DNA from: Candidatus Edwardsbacteria bacterium
GTDB taxonomy: Bacteria; Edwardsbacteria; AC1; EtOH8
Reading direction: 5' to 3'
DNA: 64,000 nt
NCBI GenBank assembly: GCA_020053305.1
Contig: JAGVNJ010000009.1
Location: forward strand, 10,426 to 74,425
Under the pieces are notes generated by a model that worked only from the letters and a program-made list of their open reading frames with translations, was not told the DNA's origin and did no database searches. The translations under genes and the position numbers were made by a program. Shown here piece by piece: positions 1 through 8,945 of the stretch. Every line of letters starts with the position of its first letter. The stretch's first letter is position 1.

Positions 1-127
1 TCCCAACCTGACGCTTTTCCCCATCCTGACCGGATACATCCTGTTCGGTCTGATGCGGCGAATCTATAAATCAAGCCACCTGGAAAAATTGAAGAACAAA
101 AGGAGAATAAAAATTGCTGACCGCTGA
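1..127 (+). CDS. 3' end of a membrane protein, possibly CDP-diacylglycerol--serine O-phosphatidyltransferase (partial)
   Basis: Frame 2 reads PNLTLFPILTGYILFGLMRRIYK...ADR* (TGA 125-127) and overlaps purS. The hydrophobic segment plus basic tail resembles PssA C-termini; identity is inference. Confidence 0.45.
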   Translation, partial: PNLTLFPILTGYILFGLMRRIYKSSHLEKLKNKRRIKIADR

Positions 128-365
128 AATCCACGTCACCCTGAAAGATCTGGTGCTGGATCCCCAGGGCACCACCCTCAAACGCTCCATGGAGACCATG
201 GGCTACCAGAATATCGAAGAGGTCCGGATGGGAAAATTCATCCAGGTGCGGTTCGACAGCGACGACCGGAAGGAAGTCGAGAAGAAGGTCGATGAGATGT
301 GCCGGCAGATACTTTCCAATCCGGTGATCGAGCAGTACAGCTATTCCCTGACGGAGGGCGAATGA
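114..365 (+). CDS. purS: Phosphoribosylformylglycinamidine synthase subunit PurS
   Basis: 83 aa with VLDPQG, VRMGK and LSNPVIE motifs; TTG start after AGGAG; ATGA overlap with purQ. Confidence 0.95.
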   Translation: MLTAEIHVTLKDLVLDPQGTTLKRSMETMGYQNIEEVRMGKFIQVRFDSDDRKEVEKKVDEMCRQILSNPVIEQYSYSLTEGE

Positions 366-1057
366 AATTTGCGGTGATAACCTTTCCCGGCTCCAATTGC
401 GACTACGACTGCTACCGGGCGGTGAAGGACCATCTTAAATGCCCGGTGGAATACATCTGGCACCGGGAGCATTCTCTGAATGACTGCGACTGCGTGATCC
501 TGCCCGGCGGCTTCTCCTACGGCGACTATCTTCGGACCGGGGCCATCGCCCGTTTTTCGCCCATCATGCGGCAGGTGATTGATTTTGCCGATAAGGGCGG
601 CCCGGTGATCGGCATCTGCAACGGCTTTCAGATCCTGCTGGAGAGCGGCCTGCTGCCGGGGGCCATGCTGGTCAACCGCAGCCTGCAGTTCATCTGCAAA
701 ACGGTTCATCTGAAGGCCGAGAACAATAAACTACCGTTTACCAATAAATTGACCAAAAACCAACTGATCAAGGTTCCCATCGCCCATAAGGAGGGCAATT
801 ACTATGCCGACCAGAAGACCGTCCGGGAGCTGGAGGAGAACGGCCGGGTGGTCTTCCGTTACTGCGATTCTTCGGGAAAGGCGGATGATACGGCAAATCC
901 CAACGGCTCGGTAAACAACATCGCCGGCATCACCAACCAGCAGGGCAACGTCCTGGGCATGATGCCCCATCCGGAGCGGGCCTTGGAGCAGCTGCTGGGC
1001 TCGTCCGACGGCGTCCTGATATTCGATTCCATCAAGAACTTCCTGGGAGCAAAATGA
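362..1057 (+). CDS. purQ: Phosphoribosylformylglycinamidine synthase glutaminase subunit PurQ
   Basis: [26 protein letters not shown] and GMMPHPER motifs; start re-called to ATG 362. Confidence 0.97.
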   Translation: MKFAVITFPGSNCDYDCYRAVKDHLKCPVEYIWHREHSLNDCDCVILPGGFSYGDYLRTGAIARFSPIMRQVIDFADKGGPVIGICNGFQILLESGLLPGAMLVNRSLQFICKTVHLKAENNKLPFTNKLTKNQLIKVPIAHKEGNYYADQKTVRELEENGRVVFRYCDSSGKADDTANPNGSVNNIAGITNQQGNVLGMMPHPERALEQLLGSSDGVLIFDSIKNFLGAK

Positions 1058-1058
1058 C

Positions 1059-1856
1059 ATGCTGAGCAAGCTGTACAAACAACCGGACGTCAACGCGATA
1101 ACCAATCTACTGACCAGGCTGGACCAGATACTGGCCGGCGATCCCGATAAAATGATCCGCCAACTGCGCCAACTGGCCAAGACGGTGGATCGCCTGGTGC
1201 CCTACCGTGACGGGCATATCATCCGGGTGACCTTCTACTCCCTGGCCATCGGTATGAGAATGGGCCTGCCCCAGGAGGACCTGCTGACCCTGGAGGTGGC
1301 GGCCCTGCTGCACGACTTCGGCAAGCTGGGGGTGGACGAGGCCACCCTGGAGAAGGAGGAGACGCTGAGTAGCGAGGAGCTGACAGAGATCCACCACCAT
1401 GCCGAGCGGGGTTATCATATCATCTCCGGCTTTTCCAAGCTGTGCTCGGTGGCCGATATCATCCGGGACCACCACGAGAAATACGACGGCAGCGGCTATC
1501 CCAACAAGAAGACCGGCCAAGATATCAGCCGTCTGGCCCGGATCATAGCGGTGGCCGACGCCTACGACGCCATGACCGCCGACCGGCCCTACCGCAAGGG
1601 GCTGCCCCGAAAGCAGGCCGAGGCCGAGCTGCTGATTCATTCCGGAACCCAGTTCGACCCTGAGGTGGTGGACTTCTTCGTCAATCATGTCCATGATAAA
1701 AAACCGGATTTCAAGATTTCACTGCTCAGCAAGACCTTCAAGATACCCCGCAAGAAGCCCCGGGTCAAGCCCCGGAACGGGCAAAAGGCCCATCCCAGGA
1801 AAGCCGCTGCCAACGGGGGCTCATCAAAATCGCAACCTTCAAACGTGAAAAAATAA
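1059..1856 (+). CDS. HD-GYP domain phosphodiesterase with a Lys/Arg-rich C-terminal tail
   Basis: [30 protein letters not shown] and GTQFDP motifs. Confidence 0.9.
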   Translation: MLSKLYKQPDVNAITNLLTRLDQILAGDPDKMIRQLRQLAKTVDRLVPYRDGHIIRVTFYSLAIGMRMGLPQEDLLTLEVAALLHDFGKLGVDEATLEKEETLSSEELTEIHHHAERGYHIISGFSKLCSVADIIRDHHEKYDGSGYPNKKTGQDISRLARIIAVADAYDAMTADRPYRKGLPRKQAEAELLIHSGTQFDPEVVDFFVNHVHDKKPDFKISLLSKTFKIPRKKPRVKPRNGQKAHPRKAAANGGSSKSQPSNVKK

Positions 1857-1857
1857 C

Positions 1858-4104
1858 ATGACCAAACATCAGGAACCCATCGTAGATATAAAATTAGCCC
1901 GGAGCTTCGGGATCAACCAAGAGGAGTTCGACAGCATCCAGCGGATAATGGGGCGGATGCCCAGCTATACCGAACTGGGCATCTTTTCGGTGCTGTGGTC
2001 CGAACACTGCTCCTATAAGAATTCCAAGCCGCTGCTGAAGCTGTTCCCCACCCGGGCGCCCCAGGTCCTGCAGGGGCCGGGCGAGAATGCCGGGATAGTG
2101 GACATCGGAGACGGACTGGGGATCGCCATGAAGGTGGAGAGCCACAATCATCCCTCGGCCATCGAGCCCTACCAGGGGGCGGCTACCGGCATCGGCGGCA
2201 TTTTGCGGGACATCTTCACCATGGGGGCCAGGCCTATCGCCCTGATGGACCCGCTTTACTTCGGGTCGCTGGAGGATGCCCATGTCCGGCACCTGTTCTC
2301 CGGGGTGGTCTCCGGCATCGCCGATTACGGCAACTGCGTGGGCATACCCACCGTGGGCGGCTCGGTGGTGTTCGACGAGTCCTATACCACCAACCCGCTG
2401 GTCAACGTGATGTGCCTGGGGTTGGTGGAGAACAAGAAGATCATGCGGGGCTTCGCCTCGGGCTCTGGCAACCTGGTGATAGCCGTGGGGGCCACCACCG
2501 GCCGGGACGGCATCCACGGGGCCACCTTCGCCTCGGAGGAGCTGTCCGAGGAATCCTCGGCCAAGCGTCCCTCGGTCCAGATAGGGGACCCCTTCACCAA
2601 GAAACTGCTGCTGGAGGCCACCCTGGAGTTGATCGAATCCGGCCTGGCGGTGGGCATCCAGGACATGGGGGCGGCCGGGCTGACCAGTTCTTCCATAGAG
2701 ATGGCCTCCCGGGCCGGTACCGGCCTGGAGATGGACATGTCTCAAGTGCCGCTCAGGGAAAAGGGGATGACTCCGTACGAGATCATGCTATCGGAATCCC
2801 AGGAGAGAATGGTGGTGGTGGCTCCCAAGGAAAATTACGAACAGATCAAAGCGATATTCGACAAATGGGAGCTTCATTGCTCGTCAATAGGGGTGGTCAC
2901 AGATGACGGCCATGTTCGAATAAAATGGGGCGAAGAGGTCTTTGCCGATATCCCGGTTAAAGCCCTGGTCGATGAGGCCCCAGTCTACGAAAGAGAAAGC
3001 CAGAAACCGGGTTATCTCGATAAGTTAAAGCAATTCATTCAAAATGACATCAAAGAACCAAAAGACCATAACCGTTCGCTTAATATTGTATTATCAGCTC
3101 CGACCATCGCCAGTAAACGCTGGGTATATCAGCAGTACGACCACCAGGTGCGGACCAACACCGCCGTTCTGCCGGGCTCCGATGCCGCCGTTCTGCGTAT
3201 TCGCGGCACCAACAAGGCTATCGGCATCACCACCGACTGCAACGGCCGGTACTGTTATTTGAATCCCTTCAACGGCGGAGCCATCGCAGTGGCCGAGGCC
3301 GCCCGCAATCTGGCCTGTTCCGGGGCCAAACCATTGGGTTTGACCGACTGTCTGAATTTCGGCAATCCCTACAAGCCCGAGGTCTTTTACCAGATGAAGC
3401 AGGCGGTGGAGGGTCTGGCCGAGGCCTGCAAGGTCCTGGAGGTGCCGGTGATCTCCGGCAATGTCAGCCTGTATAACGAGAGCCTGACCCACAGCGTCTA
3501 TCCCACGCCCCTGATAGGCATGGTGGGGCTGATCGAGGACCTTTCGCAAATCACCACCCAGTGGTTCAAGGAGCCCGGCGACGTTGTATTTCTGGCCGGC
3601 GATATCAAATCCCAGCCGGACATCGGGGGCTCGGAGTATCTTAAAGTGGTGCATGGCCAGGTGAACGGCGATGCCCCGGCCATAGACCTGAGTGCCGAAA
3701 AGAAACTGCATGATTTCGTCAGGGATGCCATCAAGGCCGGGCTGGTTCGCTCGGCCCATGACTGCTCGGAAGGCGGCCTGGCCGTGGCCCTGGCCGAGTG
3801 CTGTTTTACACCACCCCTTGATCCCCTCCTTAACAAGGAGGGGACAGGATTGGTTGCTGATCTGTCCGACCTGCCGGGAAGAAGCGATTTCAAGCTGTTT
3901 GCCGAGTTCCAGAGCCGGATAGTACTATCATGCAAGCCCTCTGATATTGAGAAGCTGGAAGGATTGGCCAAGAAGCAGGGCGTGGACATTATGAAATTAG
4001 GAACAGTAGGCGGCGACAGGCTGGTTATAAAGGATCTGATTGACCTACCGGTGGCCGAGGCCAGAAAGACCTGGGAAGAGGCCATACCGAATATTATGAA
4101 GTGA
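1858..4104 (+). CDS. purL: Phosphoribosylformylglycinamidine synthase subunit PurL
   Basis: [31 protein letters not shown] and SGNVSLYN motifs. Confidence 0.98.
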   Translation: MTKHQEPIVDIKLARSFGINQEEFDSIQRIMGRMPSYTELGIFSVLWSEHCSYKNSKPLLKLFPTRAPQVLQGPGENAGIVDIGDGLGIAMKVESHNHPSAIEPYQGAATGIGGILRDIFTMGARPIALMDPLYFGSLEDAHVRHLFSGVVSGIADYGNCVGIPTVGGSVVFDESYTTNPLVNVMCLGLVENKKIMRGFASGSGNLVIAVGATTGRDGIHGATFASEELSEESSAKRPSVQIGDPFTKKLLLEATLELIESGLAVGIQDMGAAGLTSSSIEMASRAGTGLEMDMSQVPLREKGMTPYEIMLSESQERMVVVAPKENYEQIKAIFDKWELHCSSIGVVTDDGHVRIKWGEEVFADIPVKALVDEAPVYERESQKPGYLDKLKQFIQNDIKEPKDHNRSLNIVLSAPTIASKRWVYQQYDHQVRTNTAVLPGSDAAVLRIRGTNKAIGITTDCNGRYCYLNPFNGGAIAVAEAARNLACSGAKPLGLTDCLNFGNPYKPEVFYQMKQAVEGLAEACKVLEVPVISGNVSLYNESLTHSVYPTPLIGMVGLIEDLSQITTQWFKEPGDVVFLAGDIKSQPDIGGSEYLKVVHGQVNGDAPAIDLSAEKKLHDFVRDAIKAGLVRSAHDCSEGGLAVALAECCFTPPLDPLLNKEGTGLVADLSDLPGRSDFKLFAEFQSRIVLSCKPSDIEKLEGLAKKQGVDIMKLGTVGGDRLVIKDLIDLPVAEARKTWEEAIPNIMK
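3811..3848. repeat. Palindromic element in-frame inside purL
   Basis: TCCCCTCCTT-AAC-AAGGAGGGGA (3822-3844) is a perfect 10-bp stem and encodes [11 protein letters not shown]. Confidence 0.7.
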
Positions 4105-4222
4105 TCATACTTTTGTAAACGGGACATAGGACGCTGACGCCGTCGTCCATAGCCGTCTTATATTTTAGCATACTATGGCGCCGGACGATTGTCACAGATC
4201 TTACTGAGTTGTTTTTGTGCAG

Positions 4223-4266
4223 CGTCATCCTGAGCAAGGCAAACCTGCCTCGCAAGCCGAAGGATC
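4223..4266. repeat. Intergenic copy of the GTCATCCTGAG...GAAGGATC element family
   Basis: CGTCATCCTGAGCAAGGCAAACCTGCCTCGCAAGCCGAAGGATC; the reverse complement aligns with 9021-9063 and 18322-18361. Confidence 0.75.
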
Positions 4267-4292
4267 TGAACCATCGTTTAAACGGGCCACCC

Positions 4293-4321
4293 TTGACAAA
4301 CCCTCTATTCGGCCTTATATT
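4293..4321 (+). promoter_or_regulatory. Sigma70-type promoter of msrA
   Basis: TTGACA-17 bp-TATATT, then AAGGAGG RBS before ATG 4342. Confidence 0.75.
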
Positions 4322-4341
4322 GGCTAAAGGAGGGTTTTTAC

Positions 4342-4950
4342 ATGAACAAACAGATATATCTCAGCCTGCTGGCTTTTCTGCTGGGCTTTGCCGTGACCGC
4401 CAATACCCAGGGTCAAGATGCTAAAGGTAAGGGCGGGTTTCAAACCCGCCCCGGCAACTCCAAAATAAAGGAAATAAAAATGGAAACCGCCATATTTGCG
4501 GCCGGGTGTTTCTGGGGAGTGGAGTCCGACTTCCAGAAGCTCAAAGGAGTCGCCTCCACCGAGGTGGGCTACACCGGCGGCCACACCAAGGATCCCACCT
4601 ACCAGCAGGTGTGCACCGACACCACCGGCCACGCCGAGGCCGTCCGCATAACCTACGACCCGGCGGTCATCGGCTACGATGACCTGCTGAAGGTCTTCTG
4701 GGAGAATCACAATCCCACCACGCCCGACCGCCAGGGGCCGGACGTGGGCTCTCAATACCGCTCGGCCATTTTCTATACCACCCCGGAACAGCAGAAGGCG
4801 GCTATAAGCTCCAGGGAAAAGCTGGACAAGTCCCAAAAATATTCCAGACCGATAGTCACCGAAATCACCCCGGCCACGGATTTCTATCGGGCCGAGGAAT
4901 ACCACCAGCAGTATTACCAGAAGAAAGGCGGCGGCAGTTGTAAATTTTAA
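4342..4950 (+). CDS. msrA: Peptide methionine (S)-sulfoxide reductase with an N-terminal signal peptide
   Basis: GCFWG, TGHAE, QYRSAI and AEEYHQQY motifs; hydrophobic N-terminus with a strong RBS. Confidence 0.95.
   Translation: MNKQIYLSLLAFLLGFAVTANTQGQDAKGKGGFQTRPGNSKIKEIKMETAIFAAGCFWGVESDFQKLKGVASTEVGYTGGHTKDPTYQQVCTDTTGHAEAVRITYDPAVIGYDDLLKVFWENHNPTTPDRQGPDVGSQYRSAIFYTTPEQQKAAISSREKLDKSQKYSRPIVTEITPATDFYRAEEYHQQYYQKKGGGSCKF
4427..4451. repeat. REP-like palindrome in-frame inside the msrA linker
   Basis: GTAA-GGGCGGGTTT-C-AAACCCGCCC has perfect 10-bp arms and encodes KGGFQTRP. Confidence 0.75.
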
Positions 4951-4955
4951 TACCT

Positions 4956-5036
4956 CCCTCTCCTAATGCGTTAGGAGAGAGCCTGCACTGAGTAATGCCT
5001 GAATTTATGCCAGCCGAAGTGGGAAGGGGTGGGGTC
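4956..5036. repeat. CCCTCTCCTAA...TTAGGAGAG element interrupted by a 41-bp nested insert
   Basis: Matches 45385-45424 and 47883-47922 except for extra sequence at 4980-5020. Confidence 0.7.
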
Positions 5037-5081
5037 GATAGATGGCCCGCAGTGTATCTGCGGTATTCTGTCATACTTTCT

Positions 5082-5106
5082 GGATTCCAGCCTGCGCTGG
5101 AATGAC
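5082..5106. repeat. GGATTCC...GGAATGAC palindromic element
   Basis: ATTCCAGC-CTGC-GCTGGAAT stem; same family as 41937-41961 in the opposite orientation. Confidence 0.65.
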
Positions 5107-5133
5107 AAGATAAATTATTGGCAGGGGAGGGTC

Positions 5134-5162
5134 AGCCTGCAGTAATGCGGGCTTTTTATTTT
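5134..5162 (+). terminator. Rho-independent terminator downstream of msrA
   Basis: AGCCTGCA-GTAA-TGCGGGCT followed by TTTTATTTT. Confidence 0.75.
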
Positions 5163-5164
5163 CC

Positions 5165-5193
5165 TTGACTTAGTGCCGCCCAGAATATAAACT
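5165..5193 (+). promoter_or_regulatory. Sigma70-type promoter, probably leaderless
   Basis: TTGACT-17 bp-TAAACT, ending 6 nt before ATG 5200; no SD sequence. Confidence 0.6.
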
Positions 5194-5199
5194 ATTCCC

Positions 5200-6069
5200 A
5201 TGATCAAGGAGATAACAGCCAAGACCATGCTGTCGCATGTCCCGGGCCCCGACAGCTGGTTCGGCCTCAAATACAACCTGAACCTCTACCGGGGCTGCGC
5301 CCACGGCTGCATCTACTGCGATTCCCGCAGTTCCTGCTATCGGATAGAGAATTTCTCGGACATCCTGGTCAAGTTCAACGCCATCGAACTGCTTAAAAAA
5401 GAGCTGCCAGCCAAGCGGATCAAGGGAACCATCGGCACTGGCTCCATGAACGACCCCTATCAGCCGGTGGAGAAACAATTCCAACTGACCAAACAATCGT
5501 TGGAGTTGATGGACAAACATGGTTTTTCGGTGCACATCATCACCAAGAGCGATCTGGTGCTGAGGGATATCGATCTTTTGCTGGAGATATCAAAGACCTA
5601 CGCCGCGGTGACATTCACGGTCATCACAACAGATGATAAATTGGCCGGGATCATCGAGCCCGGGGCGCCGCCGCCGTCAAAAAGGCTTAAGGCCATCGAG
5701 GCCCTGAGCCGGGCCGGCATCTATACCGGCATCACCATGATGCCGCTGCTGCCGTTCATCACCGACACCGAAGAGAACGTCAAGGGCATCGTCCGACAGG
5801 CCAAGGACAGCGGGGCAAAATATATCATCCCGGTCTTCGGCATGTCTATTCGGACCGGACAGAGGGAATATTATTACCAAAAGCTTGAGGAGCATTTTCC
5901 TGGACTGAAGGGCCGATACGAAAAAAGCTACGGACTGCAATACCAATGCCCCTCGCCGGAGCATAAAAGACTGTCGGATATATTCACCGAAGAATGCCAA
6001 AGGCAGGGCATCAGGATAGGGATGGAATTCTTTACACCTGTAAAAAGTGTACAGCCCACACTGTTTTAA
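5200..6069 (+). CDS. Radical SAM protein, SplB-like/Rv2578c-like (putative DNA repair)
   Basis: NLYRGCAHGCIYCDSRS (CxxxCxxC), GSMNDPY, TKSDLVLRDID and EPGAP motifs. Confidence 0.88.
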   Translation: MIKEITAKTMLSHVPGPDSWFGLKYNLNLYRGCAHGCIYCDSRSSCYRIENFSDILVKFNAIELLKKELPAKRIKGTIGTGSMNDPYQPVEKQFQLTKQSLELMDKHGFSVHIITKSDLVLRDIDLLLEISKTYAAVTFTVITTDDKLAGIIEPGAPPPSKRLKAIEALSRAGIYTGITMMPLLPFITDTEENVKGIVRQAKDSGAKYIIPVFGMSIRTGQREYYYQKLEEHFPGLKGRYEKSYGLQYQCPSPEHKRLSDIFTEECQRQGIRIGMEFFTPVKSVQPTLF

Positions 6070-6078
6070 GAGGTCACT

Positions 6079-6858
6079 ATGAAGATAATCGATCTGGACA
6101 GCGCCAATCTGCCGTCATATTTCCTCTGTTTGGAGGATTGGTCGGAGGAGATCAAAGAGGCCGGGGACCATAAAGAAAAATGGTACGGCAAAATGAAGGA
6201 CCAGGGCCTGAGGGTCAAACTGGCGGTTGACGACAACGGGGTGGCCGGAGGCATGATCCAGTATCTGCCCATCGAGCGCTCGACGGCCGACGGCCAGGAC
6301 CTGTACTTCATCAATTGCATCTGGGTGCACGGATACAAGCAGGGACGCGGCAATTTTCAGAAGGCCGGAATGGGAGAGGCATTGCTGCAGGCAGCCGAGG
6401 AGGATGTCCGGTCCCTGGGGACCAAGGGGATCGCCGCCTGGGGGCTCATTCTCCCGTTCTGGATGAAAGCTTCGTGGTTCAAGAAGCACGGCTACAAAAA
6501 GGCCGACCGGGACGGCATCAGCCAGCTGGTCTGGAAGTCTTTTTCCCCTGATGCCCAAGCTCCCAAATGGATCAAGCAGAAGGCCAAGCCGCAAAAAACG
6601 CCCGGCGTGGTCACGATAACCTCGTTCATCAACGGCTGGTGCCCGGCTCAGAATCTGACCCACGAGAGGGCCAAACGGGCGGCTTTGGAATTCGGGGACA
6701 AGGTAGTTTTCAATACGGTGGATACCTTTGACCGTCAGAACTTCCTGCAGTGGGGCATATCCGACGCCCTGTTCATAGACGGCAAGCAGGTTAATACCGG
6801 CCCGCCGCCGTCTTACGAGAAGATCCGAAAGCTGATTGAAAACAAAGTGAAAAAATGA
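6079..6858 (+). CDS. GNAT (YoaP-like) acetyltransferase with a C-terminal thioredoxin-like domain
   Basis: INCIWV...QKAGMGEALL acetyl-CoA motif, WFKKHGY; C-terminal GWCP and LFIDGK...GPP. Confidence 0.8.
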   Translation: MKIIDLDSANLPSYFLCLEDWSEEIKEAGDHKEKWYGKMKDQGLRVKLAVDDNGVAGGMIQYLPIERSTADGQDLYFINCIWVHGYKQGRGNFQKAGMGEALLQAAEEDVRSLGTKGIAAWGLILPFWMKASWFKKHGYKKADRDGISQLVWKSFSPDAQAPKWIKQKAKPQKTPGVVTITSFINGWCPAQNLTHERAKRAALEFGDKVVFNTVDTFDRQNFLQWGISDALFIDGKQVNTGPPPSYEKIRKLIENKVKK

Positions 6859-6937
6859 ATTGAGATATATGATTTAATGAACTTAAAATACATTATCTGC
6901 CCGGAGCATCGGAAGCACCATAACAAATCCTCCGGAG

Positions 6938-6969
6938 AGAGGCCTTTCGCAAATCTGCGTAAGGCCTCT
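6938..6969. repeat. Inverted repeat (terminator or IS-end footprint)
   Basis: AGAGGCCTT-T-CGCA-AATC-TGCG-T-AAGGCCTCT. Confidence 0.6.
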
Positions 6970-7022
6970 GTTTCATGGGTTATCCGGGTCCAACCCCCGG
7001 TCAAAATATATAATAATTTTGA

Positions 7023-7052
7023 TTGACAAGGCCGATTTCGTTCTGATATGAT
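7023..7052 (+). promoter_or_regulatory. Promoter of the TlpA/envelope operon
   Basis: TTGACA-18 bp-TATGAT with extended -10 TG; GAGG RBS before ATG 7082. Confidence 0.65.
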
Positions 7053-7081
7053 TCAGGTTGATACTTAATAACAAGAGGAAT

Positions 7082-7630
7082 ATGAAACAGTTAAGGGTTT
7101 TATTGTTCATGGTTTTGGCGGCCGCGTCAGCCTCCGGGCTGATGGCGCAGGACTCAATAAAAGTGGGCAGCACGGCGCCGACTTTTTTCCTGCCGGCCCT
7201 GGACGGCTCCCGGTTCTTTCTCTCCGAGCAGATAGCCCCCAAGGGCCATAAGACGGTGCTGCTGAATTTTTACACCACCTGGTGCAAGCCCTGCCAGAAG
7301 GAGCTGCCCCTGCTGGACAGCCTGGTGAAAAGATATCCGTCCGATTCTTTGATCATGGTGCTGGTGGACGTGGGGGAGAAGAGGGACACCGTGCTCAAGT
7401 ATTTCGACTCCGCCAGATATAAATGCACCGTTTTGCTGGACCAGTTCAACACCGTGGCCGAAAAGTACGGCGTCAAGAGCTTTCCCACCCTGGTGGTGAT
7501 AGACGGCTCGGGAAAGGTCCGCTATATCGGGAACGGCTTCGACCAGAAGAAGGGGGTGGCCGAACTGGGCCAGGTGCTGGACAAGGTGATCTACCCCAAA
7601 AAAAGCAAATCTAAAAAAACCAAGAGGTGA
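7082..7630 (+). CDS. Exported TlpA/ResA-family thiol-disulfide oxidoreductase
   Basis: Signal peptide, APTF, LNFYTTWCKPC and FPTLVVID motifs. Confidence 0.9.
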   Translation: MKQLRVLLFMVLAAASASGLMAQDSIKVGSTAPTFFLPALDGSRFFLSEQIAPKGHKTVLLNFYTTWCKPCQKELPLLDSLVKRYPSDSLIMVLVDVGEKRDTVLKYFDSARYKCTVLLDQFNTVAEKYGVKSFPTLVVIDGSGKVRYIGNGFDQKKGVAELGQVLDKVIYPKKSKSKKTKR

Positions 7631-7633
7631 AGA

Positions 7634-8944
7634 ATGCCAAGATATAGATTGATCATCCCCGTTCTGCTGTTGTTGCTGCCGGCCCTGTCCCGGGGACAGG
7701 AGAAGACGGCGGTGGCGGTGCTGCAGTTCGAGCCCCGCAACATCAGCCAGGCCGAGGCGGTGATCCTGTCGGACCGCCTGCGGGCCGAACTGGTGAACAC
7801 CCGCCACTTCAACGTGCTGGAGCGGGAGCAGATGGACAAGATCCTGAGGGAGCAGAAATTCCAGCTGACCGGGGCCTGCAGCGACGCCTCCTGCCTGGTC
7901 CAGGTGGGGCAGCTGATGGCGGTATCCAAGATGATGGGCGGCACCATCTCCAAGATTGGCAACACCTACACCGTCCAGGCCCGGGTGATAGACGTGGAGA
8001 AGGGGGTCATCGAGACCGAGGTCTCCCAGGATTTCACCGGCACCATCGAGGACCTCCAGCAATGGGGCATGAAGAAGGTGGTCTGGAAGATGGTGCCCTC
8101 GGCCAGCCTGTTCGTAGCCTCCATTCCGGGCGACGCCGACATCTACTGGGACGCCCGGAAGGTGGGCCGGACCGATTTCAAGATAGAGAACGAGGCTTTG
8201 GGGGTCCACCGGATCGTCATCAAAAAGCCCGGCTACAAGGATTACGACGGCAGCGTGGACCTCAAGGAGGTGCGGGATTACGACATCAAGGTGCGGCTGA
8301 ATGTCATGGAGTATGCGGTCAATATTGACGGAACACCCCCGGGGGCCCAGGTGGTGATGAACGATACCGTCAAATTGGGACTCATGCCGTGCACCGCCAA
8401 GCTCCCCTTCGGAACATATAATTTCAAGATCAAGGCCAAGGGCTATCACCAGAACGCCGGGCTGCTGAACATAGACCGGGACCAGGATTACAGCCTGAAC
8501 CTCAACCTCAAGCGCAAGTCCCGGACCAAGGCCGCCATATCGTCGCTGTTCCTTCCCGGCAGCGGCCAGCGCTACTCCAACCGCCCGGTGATGGGCACCC
8601 TGTATCTGCTGGCCGGAATTGCCGGGCTGGGCTACAGCGGGTTTGCTATCGCCGCCCGGCAGGATGCCCTAAAAACCTGCCAAGACCGGGAGGATCAATA
8701 TCTATCGGCCGACAACGCGGTGGACGCCCAGACATGGTATCTGGACTGGCAGTCCAAATATGACGAGCTGACCGACCAGGACGATAAGATGAGGACCGCC
8801 ATCACCCTGGCCGCGGTGGCTTGGGGAGTGAATTTCCTGGATGCCATGGCATTTTTCCCGGGCAAACCCAGGGTCAAGGTCGCACCGGTGCCGGACAAGA
8901 CCGGGCAGATGAAGACCTCGGCCACCCTAACTTACAGTTGGTGA
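7634..8944 (+). CDS. Exported CsgG/HfaB-like plus PEGA-domain protein with C-terminal hydrophobic segments
   Basis: AVAVLQF...LEREQMDKILREQKFQ (CsgG-like); two SxPxxA...GxT PEGA repeats; SLFLPGSGQRY membrane motif. Confidence 0.75.
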   Translation: MPRYRLIIPVLLLLLPALSRGQEKTAVAVLQFEPRNISQAEAVILSDRLRAELVNTRHFNVLEREQMDKILREQKFQLTGACSDASCLVQVGQLMAVSKMMGGTISKIGNTYTVQARVIDVEKGVIETEVSQDFTGTIEDLQQWGMKKVVWKMVPSASLFVASIPGDADIYWDARKVGRTDFKIENEALGVHRIVIKKPGYKDYDGSVDLKEVRDYDIKVRLNVMEYAVNIDGTPPGAQVVMNDTVKLGLMPCTAKLPFGTYNFKIKAKGYHQNAGLLNIDRDQDYSLNLNLKRKSRTKAAISSLFLPGSGQRYSNRPVMGTLYLLAGIAGLGYSGFAIAARQDALKTCQDREDQYLSADNAVDAQTWYLDWQSKYDELTDQDDKMRTAITLAAVAWGVNFLDAMAFFPGKPRVKVAPVPDKTGQMKTSATLTYSW

Positions 8945-8945
8945 G

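Noticed and set aside
2880-3120. AT-richer patch within purL suggesting recombination
   Set aside because: It coincides with a variable linker, and similar shifts occur in many genes here
4342-7630. Selenocysteine recoding in MsrA or TlpA
   Set aside because: The catalytic positions are ordinary Cys codons (GCFWG, WCKPC)
7154-8449. Long antisense ORFs (also 1894-2745, 10709-11866, 16929-17858, 19389-20348, 48802-49902, 60318-61223)
   Set aside because: They shadow clear genes, carry no motifs, and are expected with high GC3
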